Shown in pieces: positions 38,982 to 49,797 of a DNA stretch of 64,000 nucleotides (position 1 is the first letter of the stretch; each line of letters opens with the position of its first letter). Origin of the DNA: an uncultured delta proteobacterium (GTDB lineage Bacteria > Desulfobacterota > Binatia > UBA9968); the NCBI GenBank assembly GCA_963816145.1, contig CAWFJP010000009.1:95917-159916 (forward strand), read 5' to 3'. A program made the position numbers and the translations under genes. The notes under the pieces were generated by a model. It ran no database searches. It was not told the origin of the DNA and worked only from the letters and a program-made list of their open reading frames with translations.

Positions 38982-39413
38982 ATGGAATTCAAGGCACCGA
39001 GCAATAACGAGGGCGGCAAAAAGACCGCCGGGTTGGACGAGCGCATTGGCTCGCTGTTTCAGCCCGATACGCTGATCGGCGAGGACTATGCGTCCAATTT
39101 TCGCCGCAAGATCCCGCTGGAAGCGGAGCGCACGCTCTTGCTCGCGGTCTTGGAAGATGGCATTCGCTCGTTTCAAGAAAATCTCTTTGCCACCAGCGGC
39201 AAACGCCGGACGATTTTCGACGAGGCGAACGAGTGGATTTTTAGCGACGACGACAGCTGGTTCTGCTCGTTCGTGTCGGTCTGCAATTTGCTCAGCCTGG
39301 AGCCGCAGTACATTCGCCGCGGCCTGCGCCAGTGGGAAGCCAAGATGAACAAGAGTGCGACGCAGAAAAAATCTCAAATCGCCACGGGTGACGAGCAACG
39401 TTTAGTGGCGTAA
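38982..39413 (+). CDS. Conserved-looking hypothetical protein
   Basis: Strong G-rich RBS; compact helical core ERTLLLAVLEDGI...EWIFS...SFVSVCNLLSLEPQYIRRGL. Confidence 0.7.
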   Translation: MEFKAPSNNEGGKKTAGLDERIGSLFQPDTLIGEDYASNFRRKIPLEAERTLLLAVLEDGIRSFQENLFATSGKRRTIFDEANEWIFSDDDSWFCSFVSVCNLLSLEPQYIRRGLRQWEAKMNKSATQKKSQIATGDEQRLVA

Positions 39414-39427
39414 GCCCGAGCCTCCGC

Positions 39428-40600
39428 GTGATAGTATTCTGCCGGCCCCGGCGCTGGGTGGTGCAAAGCTCTTGCGGCCTTGTCCTACTCAGCGCCGGAC
39501 TGTTTTTGGCCTGCGGCAAGAAAAACGAGACCGTATTCGAACGGCCGCCGGCGCCGGTGGCGGTGTCCCAGGCGGTTACTCAAGATGTGCCGGTCTACAT
39601 CGATGCCGTAGGAAAGATTTCTGCTCGCGAAGTCGTGTCCATCCAGCCGCAAGTTTCCGGCCGGATCACGCAGATTCATTTCGTGGACGGCGCCGACGTC
39701 AAGGTCGGTCAACTGCTGTTCACCATCGACCCCCGGCCGTATCAAGCCCAACTGAATCAAGCCGAGGCCAACTTGGCACAAGCGGAAGCGACGCTCAGCC
39801 TCGCCAAAACTAACTTCGCTCGGGTGGAAAATGTCAGTGATCCACGGGCCGTGTCGCGTCAGGACTACGATACCAAGAAAAGCGCGGTGGATAGCGCCGA
39901 TGCGCTGGTCAAACAAAACCGCGCGTCAGTGGAAAATGGCCGCCTGAATCTTGACTACTGCACGATTCGCTCGCCGATCAATGGCCGGGCTGGACAGCGT
40001 GCCGTCGATATCGGCAATGTGGTTGCGGCCAACAGCGGTTCGCTGCTGGTGATACAGCGTTTAGATCCGGTTTACGCTGATTTTACCGTCACGGAAAATG
40101 AATTGACGGCGGTGCAGCGCAACATGGCCCAGCGCAGTTTGCGCGTGGAAGTCCGTTTGCCGGATGAAAATGACAGTGCTCGCGAGGGCAAACTGACCTT
40201 TCTCGATAACGCCGTCCAAGAGGGCACCGGCACGGTGAAACTGCGCGCCACGCTGGCTAACCCGGATCGACGTTTTTGGCCCGGCCGGTTTGCCAAAATT
40301 CGCTTGATACTGGATACCCAGCAGGGTGCGGTTTTGGTGCCGGCAGATGCCCCGCAGCTGTCCGCCAAGGGTTCGTTCATTTATGTGGTGAAGAACGATT
40401 CTTCCGCCGAACTTCGGCCGGTCAAGCTGGGCCAACGTCAGGGTGACTTGGTAGTCGTCACCGACGGCATCAAAGCCGCCGAAAGGGTTGTCGTCAAAGG
40501 CCAGCTGGGAGTCACACCGGGAGGGAAGGTTCGCGTCGCCGAGCAGCCCGCTGAAAGCGAGCAAGCTCCTGCCGCGGCCAAAGCCGGAGCGAAGTCGTGA
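39428..40600 (+). CDS. RND periplasmic adaptor (MdtA-like lipoprotein)
   Basis: Lipobox FLAC, PQVSG, IDPRPY, IRSPING, TGTVKLRA. Confidence 0.92.
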   Translation: MIVFCRPRRWVVQSSCGLVLLSAGLFLACGKKNETVFERPPAPVAVSQAVTQDVPVYIDAVGKISAREVVSIQPQVSGRITQIHFVDGADVKVGQLLFTIDPRPYQAQLNQAEANLAQAEATLSLAKTNFARVENVSDPRAVSRQDYDTKKSAVDSADALVKQNRASVENGRLNLDYCTIRSPINGRAGQRAVDIGNVVAANSGSLLVIQRLDPVYADFTVTENELTAVQRNMAQRSLRVEVRLPDENDSAREGKLTFLDNAVQEGTGTVKLRATLANPDRRFWPGRFAKIRLILDTQQGAVLVPADAPQLSAKGSFIYVVKNDSSAELRPVKLGQRQGDLVVVTDGIKAAERVVVKGQLGVTPGGKVRVAEQPAESEQAPAAAKAGAKS

Positions 40601-43600
40601 ATTTCTCCGAGCCGTTTATCCGCCGTCCGGTGCTGACAACGGTAATTACGATGTCAGTGATTGTGTTCGGCGTGCTCAGTTACCTGCGCCTGCCGGTGAA
40701 CGATTTACCGGCTGTCGATTATCCCGTCATCCAAGTTCAAGCCGACTACCCGGGCGCTAGTCCCGACACGGTCGCCAACAACATCGCCACTCCGTTAGAG
40801 CGCCAATTCATGCAAATCAACGGTCTGGAACTGGTCACTTCTAAAAGCACGCAGGGCCACACCAGTTTGACGCTGCAGTTCGCGCTGAGCAAGAGCATCG
40901 ATGCTGCCGCGACCGATGTGCAAACGGCGATTTCCCAGGCAAGCGGCAGTCTGCCAGTCGATTTACCGTCGCCACCGACGTTTTCCAAGACCAACCCCAA
41001 TGATCAGCCGATCATGTACATCGCCCTTACCAGTGACTCAGCGACACGTGGCCAGCTGTATGATTACGGCAGCACGCAGATCGGCCAGCGTATCAGTATT
41101 TTGCCAGGAGTTTCCCGGGTCTCGGTTTTCGGCACCAAATCGGCAATTCGCATCAAGGCGGATCCCTCGGCGATGTGGGCGCGCGGGATTTCGATCGATG
41201 ATTTGACCACGGCGGTCAAAAACGGCACGAGCTACACGGGCGCAGGGCAGTTCGATAGCGCGGACGGCACGACTTTGTTGCGGCCGCAGGGACAACTCGA
41301 TAGCGCCGAGAGCTATAGCCAACTCATCATCGGCACCAAGAATGACGCGCCGATTTATTTGCGTGATGTCGCCCAGGTGCGCGAATCCGTCCAAGACGAA
41401 CGGCTGAGCATGCGCTTTTGGGCGCGCGGCTATCCCGTACCGGGGGCGACCGTCGTCATGGCGGTTTACCGCCAGGCCGGCGCCAATGCGGTCGAGGTCG
41501 CGAATAGTATCCGCGCGCTTTTGCCGCAAATCAGCGCCGAACTGCCCGGATCCCTGCTGATCACGCCGCTTTACGACCGCTCGCGCGGAATCGTCAACTC
41601 TGTCAACGACGTGCAAGAGACGCTTTTGATCGCCTTTGTGCTGGTGGTTTTGGTGATTTTTCTTTTCCTTGGCCGAGCCACTGACACGCTGATTCCGGCG
41701 GTCGCGTTGCCGATTTCGCTGCTGCTGACGTTCGTCGCGATGGCGCTGCTCGGCTACAGCTTGGACAACCTTTCCTTGATGGCGCTGACTTTGGCGATCG
41801 GCTTTTTGGTCGATGACGCCATCGTATTTTTGGAAAACACCGTGCGGCGCATGGAGCATGGCGAGGCGGCGCTGCAAGCGACCATTCAAAGCGCCAAGGA
41901 AATTAGCTTTACGATTTTATCGATGACCATTTCACTGGCCGCGGTGTTTATTCCGCTGGTCTTCATGTCCGGATTGGTCGGTCGGATTTTCCGGGAATTC
42001 GCAATTACCATCGTCGTCGCCATCATCGCTTCCGGTTTGGTGTCGCTGACGCTGACACCGCTAATGTGTGCCCGCTTGCTCAAAGCTCGCGGCGAGGGTG
42101 CCAGGCGCACTTGGATGGAGCGCAAAGTCGGCGCCATGGAGAAATGGGTGCTTGACCGTTACGGGCGTTCGCTCAGCTGGTTTCTTGTTCATCGCTGGGT
42201 CTCGGCGCTGATCTGGGTGTTTTGCATCGTCGGAACCATATACTTTTTCGTCGTCGTGCCGAAAGCATTTTTGCCTCCCGGCGACAGCGGTGTGGTGACC
42301 GGTGTGTTTATTGCTCGCGAAGGCTCGTCGCCCGAACAGATGCGTGCGATCCAAGACCAAGTTGATGCGGCACTGTTGCGCAACCCCAACATCCTGGCCA
42401 CCATCGAAGTTGCCGGCCTGAGCCAATTTATCGCGTCCAATCAGGGCATCATTTTCACTTTTCTCAAACCGGCCGGAACCCGTGGACCGATTCAGCAGGA
42501 AGTCGCCAATCTGATGGGCGGTCTGGGCTCGATTCCGGGCGTCATTGCTTTCCTGCGGCCGTTTCCAGTACTGGAGATCAGCACCGGTGCGACCAATCAA
42601 AATCAAGGGCAATATGCGTTCTCCATTTCTGGCGTGAACCCGGATCAGGTCTACGATGCCGGCGCGAAGCTGATGGCCAAACTGCATGAGTTTCCGGGTT
42701 TTCTCACGGTGTCGTCGGACTATTACCACAACACGCCCAATCTCGATATCGAACTGCGCCGCGAGCAAGCCAAAACCTATGGTGTTTCCGAAGCGCGCAT
42801 TCTCGGGTTGTTGCGCAACGCTTACGCGCAAAACTACGTCTACTTGATCAAAAAACCGGCCGATCAGTATCAGGTGATTCTCGAAGTGGCGGACTCGGCA
42901 CGTTCGACGCCGGAGAATTTAGCGCTGCTGTACATTCGTTCCGATGACGGTAGACGGCTTGTGCCCATCGATGCCTTGGTAAACTGGAAGTCCTCGCTCG
43001 GCCCGCAAGCCGTCAATCATCTCAATCAGTTCACCAGCATGACGATCTCCTTCAACTTGAAACCGGGTGTTGCGATCGGCGATGCGACGGATTTTATCAC
43101 CAGGGCGTCGGCGGAAGTCGTGCCGCCGACGTTGCGTGCCAGCCTCCAGGGCGAAGCGTTGACCTTCCGCGATACCGTGCGCGATCTGAGGTTGTTAATG
43201 GTGTTAGCCGTATTTGTCATGTATGTGATTCTGGCGATTCTTTACGAAAGTTATCTCCATCCGTTGACCGTGCTGTCAACTCTGCCGACGGCGTTGGTGG
43301 GCGGCTTGGCGACGCTATTTCTCTTTGGCGAGCAGGCGTCGCTTTATGCTTTTATCGGTATGTTCATGCTCATGGGCATCGTCAAAAAGAACGGCATCAT
43401 GATCGTCGATTTCGCGTTGCAACGCGTCGAGCACGGCGAGGCGGCGGAGAAGGCGATCCACGACGCCAGCATGGACCGCTTCCGGCCGATTCTCATGACC
43501 ACGCTGGCCGCGATATTCGGCGCGATTCCGATCGCTCTTGGTTTCGGCGCCGACGGCGCATCGCGGCGACCGCTTGGCTTGGTGATCGTCGGCGGTTTGG

Positions 43601-43737
43601 TCGTGTCACAATTCATCACCTTATTTATCACCCCGGTTATTTATCTCTATCTGGAAGAGTTCCAAGAAAAAGTTTTGGACCGCACGTCGTTTTTCCGCTC
43701 GGCGCATAGACCTTCAGCAGCGAAGCTGGCCGATTAA
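40597..43737 (+). CDS. RND efflux permease (MdtB/MdtC-like HAE1)
   Basis: 1046 aa; FIRRPV, LVDDAIV, VKKNGIM, RFRPILMT; GTGA overlap with the adaptor. Confidence 0.94.
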   Translation: MNFSEPFIRRPVLTTVITMSVIVFGVLSYLRLPVNDLPAVDYPVIQVQADYPGASPDTVANNIATPLERQFMQINGLELVTSKSTQGHTSLTLQFALSKSIDAAATDVQTAISQASGSLPVDLPSPPTFSKTNPNDQPIMYIALTSDSATRGQLYDYGSTQIGQRISILPGVSRVSVFGTKSAIRIKADPSAMWARGISIDDLTTAVKNGTSYTGAGQFDSADGTTLLRPQGQLDSAESYSQLIIGTKNDAPIYLRDVAQVRESVQDERLSMRFWARGYPVPGATVVMAVYRQAGANAVEVANSIRALLPQISAELPGSLLITPLYDRSRGIVNSVNDVQETLLIAFVLVVLVIFLFLGRATDTLIPAVALPISLLLTFVAMALLGYSLDNLSLMALTLAIGFLVDDAIVFLENTVRRMEHGEAALQATIQSAKEISFTILSMTISLAAVFIPLVFMSGLVGRIFREFAITIVVAIIASGLVSLTLTPLMCARLLKARGEGARRTWMERKVGAMEKWVLDRYGRSLSWFLVHRWVSALIWVFCIVGTIYFFVVVPKAFLPPGDSGVVTGVFIAREGSSPEQMRAIQDQVDAALLRNPNILATIEVAGLSQFIASNQGIIFTFLKPAGTRGPIQQEVANLMGGLGSIPGVIAFLRPFPVLEISTGATNQNQGQYAFSISGVNPDQVYDAGAKLMAKLHEFPGFLTVSSDYYHNTPNLDIELRREQAKTYGVSEARILGLLRNAYAQNYVYLIKKPADQYQVILEVADSARSTPENLALLYIRSDDGRRLVPIDALVNWKSSLGPQAVNHLNQFTSMTISFNLKPGVAIGDATDFITRASAEVVPPTLRASLQGEALTFRDTVRDLRLLMVLAVFVMYVILAILYESYLHPLTVLSTLPTALVGGLATLFLFGEQASLYAFIGMFMLMGIVKKNGIMIVDFALQRVEHGEAAEKAIHDASMDRFRPILMTTLAAIFGAIPIALGFGADGASRRPLGLVIVGGLVVSQFITLFITPVIYLYLEEFQEKVLDRTSFFRSAHRPSAAKLAD

Positions 43738-43940
43738 TCGACCCTGTCGCAGCCTGATTTCGAGCCCAAGAAGAATCTTATATTCATTCGAGCCTGAACT
43801 TGGGAGATGCTTCACGTTGTTCAGGTCTACAGGGGTGGGCGATAAGAGCGCCGACAAATTCTAGAGCCCTAGAATAATTCGCACCACGAGGCTTGATTTA
43901 CCGTAGGAAACTATAAATACTAAACCAGTTTTCTAGGTTT

Positions 43941-44582
43941 ATGGTTGCCCAACTAATAAAGAGTCGGCGCGGAACGGTCCACCAAGAGACGCCGGTAAGC
44001 TCACCAGCGCAGCGAATCATTACCGCCGCGCGCGAGCATTTTTTTGCCCATGGTTTGCGCAGCGTCACGATGGACGATCTGGCCGCTGAGCTAGGCATGA
44101 GCAAGAAAACGCTGTACGCCGAGTTTCCCAGCAAGACCGATCTGTTGCGCGCCGTGCTGTTGGACAAGTTTCGTAGCGTCGATGCCGACCTCGAGCAGAT
44201 CATGGCGCAGAGTTCAGCGAACGCCCTCGCCGGGTTGCAGCAATTGCTCGCCTGTATGCAGCGCCACACCGAGGAAATTCAACCGCCGTTCGTGCGCGAT
44301 ATTCGGCGCGAAGCGCCCGAGCTTTTCAAACTGGTGGAGAGTCGCCGCCGCGAGCTGATTCAACGATATTTCGGGCGGATCTTCGACAACGGACGGCGCG
44401 AGAAGATTATTCGCAGCGATATTTCCAGCGAAATGATTTTGGAAATTTTACTCGGCGCCGTCCAATCGATCATGAACCCGGCAAAAATCGAGGCTCTCGG
44501 CGTTACCCCCAAAGCCGGCTACGGCACGATTATCACGGTGATCCTCGAAGGGGTGCTGACGGCGAAGGGTAGGGCAAAATGA
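43941..44582 (+). CDS. TetR/AcrR family regulator
   Basis: GLRSVTMDDLAAELGMSKKTLY helix-turn-helix. Confidence 0.92.
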   Translation: MVAQLIKSRRGTVHQETPVSSPAQRIITAAREHFFAHGLRSVTMDDLAAELGMSKKTLYAEFPSKTDLLRAVLLDKFRSVDADLEQIMAQSSANALAGLQQLLACMQRHTEEIQPPFVRDIRREAPELFKLVESRRRELIQRYFGRIFDNGRREKIIRSDISSEMILEILLGAVQSIMNPAKIEALGVTPKAGYGTIITVILEGVLTAKGRAK

Positions 44583-44631
44583 TTTCGATCGCCGCAGGCG
44601 ATGTTTTCCGGCAGCGAAATGCGGATGCTTT

Positions 44632-45693
44632 ATGAAGCGCAAACTTGTGCTCCTAATCGTGTTGATCGCCTTGGCGGCGGGCGGTTCCTACTGGTGGCGC
44701 AACTATCAGGCGAATGAGTCGCACGAATTAGTGCTTTACGGCAACATCGATCTGCGTCAAGTGCAACTTTCATTTAATAACAGCGACCGGATCGCCGAGG
44801 TGCTGGTGCAGGAAGGTGATCACGTGCACAAGGGGCAGGTATTGGCGCGGCTGGACACGAGCCGATTGGAGCCGCAATTGGCGCAGGCGACCGCGCAGGC
44901 CGCGGCGCAGCGCCAGGTGGTGATGCGCCTGCGCAACGGCAGCCGGCCCGAAGAAATCGCTCAGGCACGCGCTAACGTCGACTCGGCGAAGGCGGACCTG
45001 GTCAACGCGCAACGTCAACATGAGCGTCTCAAGAACGCCGCGGAGGTATCGGCAGGAAAGGCGGTGCGCCAACAAGACGTCGATATTGCCAAGGCCGCCC
45101 TGCAAGTCGCCGAAGCCAAGGTCGCGGTCAATCAGAAGACTTTGGATCTAGCGGTGCTCGGTCCGCGCAAAGAAGACATCGCCGAAAACGAGGCGCGCTT
45201 GCGCGCCAACGAGGCGCAGGCGGCGCTGCTACGTCAGCAGTTGGCGGACTTCCAATTGCTCGCGCCGACTGACGCGGTTGTGCGTACGCGAATCATGGAG
45301 CCCGGTGAGATGGCGACACCGCAGAGTCCGGTGTTCGCTTTGGCGATTACCGATCCCAAGTGGGTGCGCGCTTATGTGTCCGAGCCCGATCTCGGCAAAC
45401 TCAAGCCGGGCGCGGCCGTCTCTATCGCTGTCGATAGTTTCCCCAAGCGTCGCTTCGAAGGCTGGATTGGTTTCATCTCGCCGGTTGCAGAGTTCACGCC
45501 CAAGGCGGTGCAAACCGAGGAACTGCGCACCAGCTTGGTTTATGAAGTGCGAGTTTTCGTAAAAGACCCCGAAGACGCGCTACGTTTAGGCATGCCCGCG
45601 AGCGTTTACTTAGCTCTCGGCGAAAAAAATCAGGGCGACAAATCAACGCAAAATCCAAACGCCGCTGGAACGAACACGGAATCAGCCCGATGA
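44632..45693 (+). CDS. ybhG: HlyD-family adaptor, YbhG-like
   Basis: LYGNIDLRQV, GSRPEEI, ISPVAEFTPK.V.T..LRT.LVY. Confidence 0.88.
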   Translation: MKRKLVLLIVLIALAAGGSYWWRNYQANESHELVLYGNIDLRQVQLSFNNSDRIAEVLVQEGDHVHKGQVLARLDTSRLEPQLAQATAQAAAQRQVVMRLRNGSRPEEIAQARANVDSAKADLVNAQRQHERLKNAAEVSAGKAVRQQDVDIAKAALQVAEAKVAVNQKTLDLAVLGPRKEDIAENEARLRANEAQAALLRQQLADFQLLAPTDAVVRTRIMEPGEMATPQSPVFALAITDPKWVRAYVSEPDLGKLKPGAAVSIAVDSFPKRRFEGWIGFISPVAEFTPKAVQTEELRTSLVYEVRVFVKDPEDALRLGMPASVYLALGEKNQGDKSTQNPNAAGTNTESAR

Positions 45694-47486
45694 CTGAAAC
45701 CGATGAAAGTGGTGCGGTGCTTTCGGCTCGCGTCATCGAAAAAATCTTTCACCGTGACACCGGTGAAGCGGTCCGCGCCCTCGACGGCATCTCGATCCAG
45801 GTTCAGCCAGGCACGCTCACAGCACTCGTTGGACCGGATGGTGCCGGCAAGACGACGCTGATACGACTGGCCGCCGGTTTAATGAAGCCAGACGCTGGCG
45901 AGTTGAACGTCCTGGGATTCGACGTCAGCGTGGCGCCGCAACAAGTTCAAGATCGGATCGGCTACATGCCGCAGAGGTTTGGCTTGTACGAGGACTTGAG
46001 CGTGCAGGAAAATCTCGATCTCTACGCCGAACTGCACGGCATCTCGCTAGTGGAACGGCAGCGCGCCTATCCACAGCTGATGGCGATGACCGCGCTCGGT
46101 CCGTTTACCGATCGACTCGCTGGCCGTTTGTCCGGCGGTATGAAGCAGAAGCTCGGACTCGCGTGCACCTTGGTTTCGGCACCGCCGCTCTTGTTGCTCG
46201 ACGAACCGACCGTGGGCGTCGATCCGTTGTCGCGCCGCGAGTTGTGGGAAATCATTCTACAACTGGTCAAAAGGCAAAATCTTACTGTTTTGCTGAGCAC
46301 GTCCTATCTCGACGAAGCCGAGCATTGCGATCACGTCGTGGTCATGCACCACGGCAAGGTGCTGGCTGAAGGGAAGCCTAGCGACATAAGTCGCCTGGCC
46401 GCAGCTCGTTCATTTCTCGCCGATCCGCCGGCGCAGCAAAAGGCGCGCGAGTTTCAGGTCCGGCTACTCGACATGCCCGGCATCATCGACGCAGTGCCGA
46501 TCGGCGGTCAGGTGCGATTTGTCGCGGCGGAAAGAACGACCACGTCGGGTGAAATGTTCGGTAGATTCACGACCCAAGATGACACGCTTGCGGGCGCAAT
46601 AGTTTCTGCAGTGGAGCCGCGCTTCGAGGATGGCTTCATGATGTTGTTGCACCAAACCAGCGCGCTGCGCGAAGCGGTTGATACCCAAGCGCTGCAATCA
46701 TTGTCACTGACAAATTATCAGGGAGCGGCGGTCGAGGTTCGCGATTTGGCGCGGCAATTTGGCAGTTTTACTGCCGTTGATCATATTAACTTCGAAGTCC
46801 AGCGCGGTGAGATCTTCGGGCTGCTTGGGCCAAATGGGGCAGGGAAGACCACGACGTTTCGCATGCTTTGCGGACTCTTGCCGGCGAGCAGCGGCACGCT
46901 CCGGGTCGCCGGGATGGATCTGCGTCGAGCGCGCGCGTCGGCGCGCCAGCGGATCGGTTACGTGGCGCAGAAATTTTCGCTCTACGGCCAGCTCTCAGTG
47001 GCTGAAAATTTGGAGTTTTTCGCCAGCGCCTACAGTCTGCGCGGCGCCAAGAAACAGTCGCGCATCGATTGGGCGATGCGTCAATTCAGTCTTGCCGAGT
47101 TCGCCGATTTGCCGAGCGGTAATTTACCCGGCGGTTTCAAGCAACGCTTAGCGATGGGCGCCGCGCTCTTGCACGAGCCGGAGCTGCTGTTTCTCGATGA
47201 GCCGACCAGCGGCGCAGATCCCCTGGCACGCCGGGAATTCTGGCGCCGCATCACTGCGTTGGCCGAGCACGGTGTCACTGTCGTGGTGACCACTCACTTT
47301 ATGGAGGAAGCGGAGTATTGCGATCGGATAGCAATCATGGACGCCGGCCGGATATTGGCGCAAGGAACACCCGCCGAGATCCGTAGCCGCGCCTTTACCG
47401 ACCAGAGGCATTTGCCGACCATGGAAGATGCGTTCATCGCCGTCGTCGAGGAGTCACGGCATAGTTCGGCGCTGGGGGCGGCATGA
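45690..47486 (+). CDS. ybhF: Double-NBD ABC ATPase, YbhF-like
   Basis: GPDGAGKTT and GPNGAGKTT; LSGGMKQKL; DEPTVGVDPLSRRELW. Confidence 0.9.
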   Translation: MTETDESGAVLSARVIEKIFHRDTGEAVRALDGISIQVQPGTLTALVGPDGAGKTTLIRLAAGLMKPDAGELNVLGFDVSVAPQQVQDRIGYMPQRFGLYEDLSVQENLDLYAELHGISLVERQRAYPQLMAMTALGPFTDRLAGRLSGGMKQKLGLACTLVSAPPLLLLDEPTVGVDPLSRRELWEIILQLVKRQNLTVLLSTSYLDEAEHCDHVVVMHHGKVLAEGKPSDISRLAAARSFLADPPAQQKAREFQVRLLDMPGIIDAVPIGGQVRFVAAERTTTSGEMFGRFTTQDDTLAGAIVSAVEPRFEDGFMMLLHQTSALREAVDTQALQSLSLTNYQGAAVEVRDLARQFGSFTAVDHINFEVQRGEIFGLLGPNGAGKTTTFRMLCGLLPASSGTLRVAGMDLRRARASARQRIGYVAQKFSLYGQLSVAENLEFFASAYSLRGAKKQSRIDWAMRQFSLAEFADLPSGNLPGGFKQRLAMGAALLHEPELLFLDEPTSGADPLARREFWRRITALAEHGVTVVVTTHFMEEAEYCDRIAIMDAGRILAQGTPAEIRSRAFTDQRHLPTMEDAFIAVVEESRHSSALGAA

Positions 47487-48634
47487 CGGTTGCCACCACG
47501 ATCGGGCACAACTCGTTTCCCGCCCGCTGGCGCCGTACGCTGTGTCTTATTGGCAAGGAGGCGCGCCAGATCGTTCGCGATCCGAGCAGCATCGCGATCG
47601 GCATTGTTTTGCCTGTGGTGCTGATCCTGCTGTTCGGCTACGGCCTATCGCTGGACGTTACCGACGTGCCGGTGGCGGTGGTTCTGGAAGACACCTCACC
47701 AGCTGCAACCGAGTTGGCAGCGAGTTTTCAGCTGTCGCATTATTTCGACGTTCAGTTGATGACATCTATGGCACGGGCTGAGCAATTGATGCTTGGGCGC
47801 AAAGTCGATGGCATTATTCGAATCCGCCCCGATTTTGCCCGCACGCTTAGTCTTGGTAGTGCTGACGTGCAGGTGTTGGTGCACGGTGTCGATGCCAACC
47901 ATGCGCGCATTGTCCAGGGCTATGCTCAAGGCGCGATCGGCCAATGGGCCGCGCGTCGCGCTGCCCAGGGATTCAAAGTCGCCGGGGGGCCGGTGAATGT
48001 GCAGGGCCGCATGTGGTTCAACGAGGCCAACGAGAGCCGCTATTTCCTGGTCCCTGGTTTGATCGTGTTGGTCATGACGCTGATCGGCGCGCTGCTGACC
48101 GCTCTGGTGATGGCGCGGGAATGGGAGCGCGGCACCCTTGAAGCGTTATTCGTTACACCGGTGCGCACGGACGAAATCTTGCTCGGCAAAACCGTGCCCT
48201 ATTTTGTCCTGGGACTTATCGGTTTTGTGTTGTGTTTACTCGCCGCCAAGTTTCTCTTTCATGTGCCGTTCCGCGGTTCGCTGATCGTGCTGACCGGCGC
48301 CTCGATGCTCTACTTGCTGGTGGCTCTCGGTATCGGTTTGCTCATTTCGTCCGCGGTCAAAAGTCAATTCGCCGCCAGTCAAATTACCATCTTCGTGACT
48401 TTCTTACCGGCGGTGATGTTGTCCGGTTTTCTTTTCGATATCAGCAGCATGCCCGTATTGGTGCGAGTGATCACCTATCTGTTGCCGGCGCGCTACTACG
48501 TCACGTTATTACAGACGCTATTTTTGGCCGGCGACATCTGGCCCGTCATTTTGCCCAACACTGTCGTGCTGGCGTTCATGGCGGCGCTGTTATTGCTGTT
48601 GACCAAAAGAACGACACGGAAAAGTTTGGAGTAA
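47483..48634 (+). CDS. ybhS: ABC-2 permease, YbhS-like
   Basis: KEARQIVRDPSS and AREWERGTLEAL. Confidence 0.88.
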   Translation: MTVATTIGHNSFPARWRRTLCLIGKEARQIVRDPSSIAIGIVLPVVLILLFGYGLSLDVTDVPVAVVLEDTSPAATELAASFQLSHYFDVQLMTSMARAEQLMLGRKVDGIIRIRPDFARTLSLGSADVQVLVHGVDANHARIVQGYAQGAIGQWAARRAAQGFKVAGGPVNVQGRMWFNEANESRYFLVPGLIVLVMTLIGALLTALVMAREWERGTLEALFVTPVRTDEILLGKTVPYFVLGLIGFVLCLLAAKFLFHVPFRGSLIVLTGASMLYLLVALGIGLLISSAVKSQFAASQITIFVTFLPAVMLSGFLFDISSMPVLVRVITYLLPARYYVTLLQTLFLAGDIWPVILPNTVVLAFMAALLLLLTKRTTRKSLE

Positions 48635-48641
48635 TAAATTT

Positions 48642-49760
48642 ATGTTGGATGCATTGTTCCGAATGCTGGCGCTGACTCAGAAAGAATTGTTGGCGATCCT
48701 CAAGGACCCGCGCAGCCGTTACAACTTGCTGATTCCGCCGATTCTGCAATGTCTGATCTACGGCTATGTCGCGACTTATGATTTGAATGACGTGCCCTAT
48801 GCGGTCCTGGATCAAGATCGCAGCGCGGCGTCACAGCAGTTGCTGGCGCGTTTCGATGGCTCGGGAGTATTTCGCCGCGTCGCTAATCTCAGTCGCGCCG
48901 CCGATGTGGCGAAGACGATCAACGAGCGGCAGGCGTTGCTCGTCTTGCAGATCAATGCCGACTTCGAGCGCAAGCTGCTCACCGGCAAACAGGCGGATCT
49001 GCAAGTGATCGCCGACGGTAGAAACTCCAACACGGCGGGTACCGCGACGGGTTACGTCGGCAGCATCGTCGAATCATTCAATCATAGTTGGCGTGCGGAT
49101 CACGGTGAACCGGCTTCACCGATCAGTATTACGACCCGGGCTTGGTACAATCCAAACCTGGAAACCCGCTGGCACATGATCCCGGCTTTGATTGGCACAT
49201 TGACGCTTATTCAGTGCTTGATGCTGACCGGTTTGTCAGTGGCGCGGGAACGTGAGCAGGGAACCTTTGATCAATTGCTGGTGACACCCTTTCGACCGGT
49301 GGAGATCATGGTCGGCAAAGCCTTGCCGCCGATGCTCGTCGGCATCGTGCAAGCGACCTTGGTGCTGCTGGTGGCGCAGCTCTGGTTCCGCATTCCATTT
49401 GCCGGATCGTTTGTCACTTTGTACGTCGGCTTGAGTTTGTTTTTACTCGCCGCCGTCGGTATGGGACTCTTGTTGTCGTCGGTTTCAGCAACGATGCAGC
49501 AGGCCCTGCTTTTCACTTTTTTGCTGATCATGCCATTCTCCCTATTGTCAGGCCTCACCACGCCGGTGAGCAGCATGCCGATGTGGCTTCAGTATGTCAC
49601 GTTGATCAATCCTCTGCGTTACGCCATCGACATCGCCCATCGAGTTTATCTCGAAGGGGTCGGGCTCGGCCTGTTGATACCGGAGCTATGGCCCCTGGTG
49701 GTCATCGCGACCGTGAGTTTGAGCGCGTCATCTTGGATGTTTCGCCATCGGCTCGCCTGA
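48642..49760 (+). CDS. ybhR: ABC-2 permease, YbhR-like
   Basis: DGRNSNTA, WYNPNL, AREREQGTFDQLLVTP. Confidence 0.88.
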   Translation: MLDALFRMLALTQKELLAILKDPRSRYNLLIPPILQCLIYGYVATYDLNDVPYAVLDQDRSAASQQLLARFDGSGVFRRVANLSRAADVAKTINERQALLVLQINADFERKLLTGKQADLQVIADGRNSNTAGTATGYVGSIVESFNHSWRADHGEPASPISITTRAWYNPNLETRWHMIPALIGTLTLIQCLMLTGLSVAREREQGTFDQLLVTPFRPVEIMVGKALPPMLVGIVQATLVLLVAQLWFRIPFAGSFVTLYVGLSLFLLAAVGMGLLLSSVSATMQQALLFTFLLIMPFSLLSGLTTPVSSMPMWLQYVTLINPLRYAIDIAHRVYLEGVGLGLLIPELWPLVVIATVSLSASSWMFRHRLA

Positions 49761-49797
49761 GCTGGTGAAGTCTGCGGTAGTTGTTAGAATAAAGGGA

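Noticed and set aside
43745-43830. Possible ncRNA or terminator after the RND gene
   Set aside because: Looks like a degenerate REP-like palindrome (gaagaatct...agatgcttc); too weak to call
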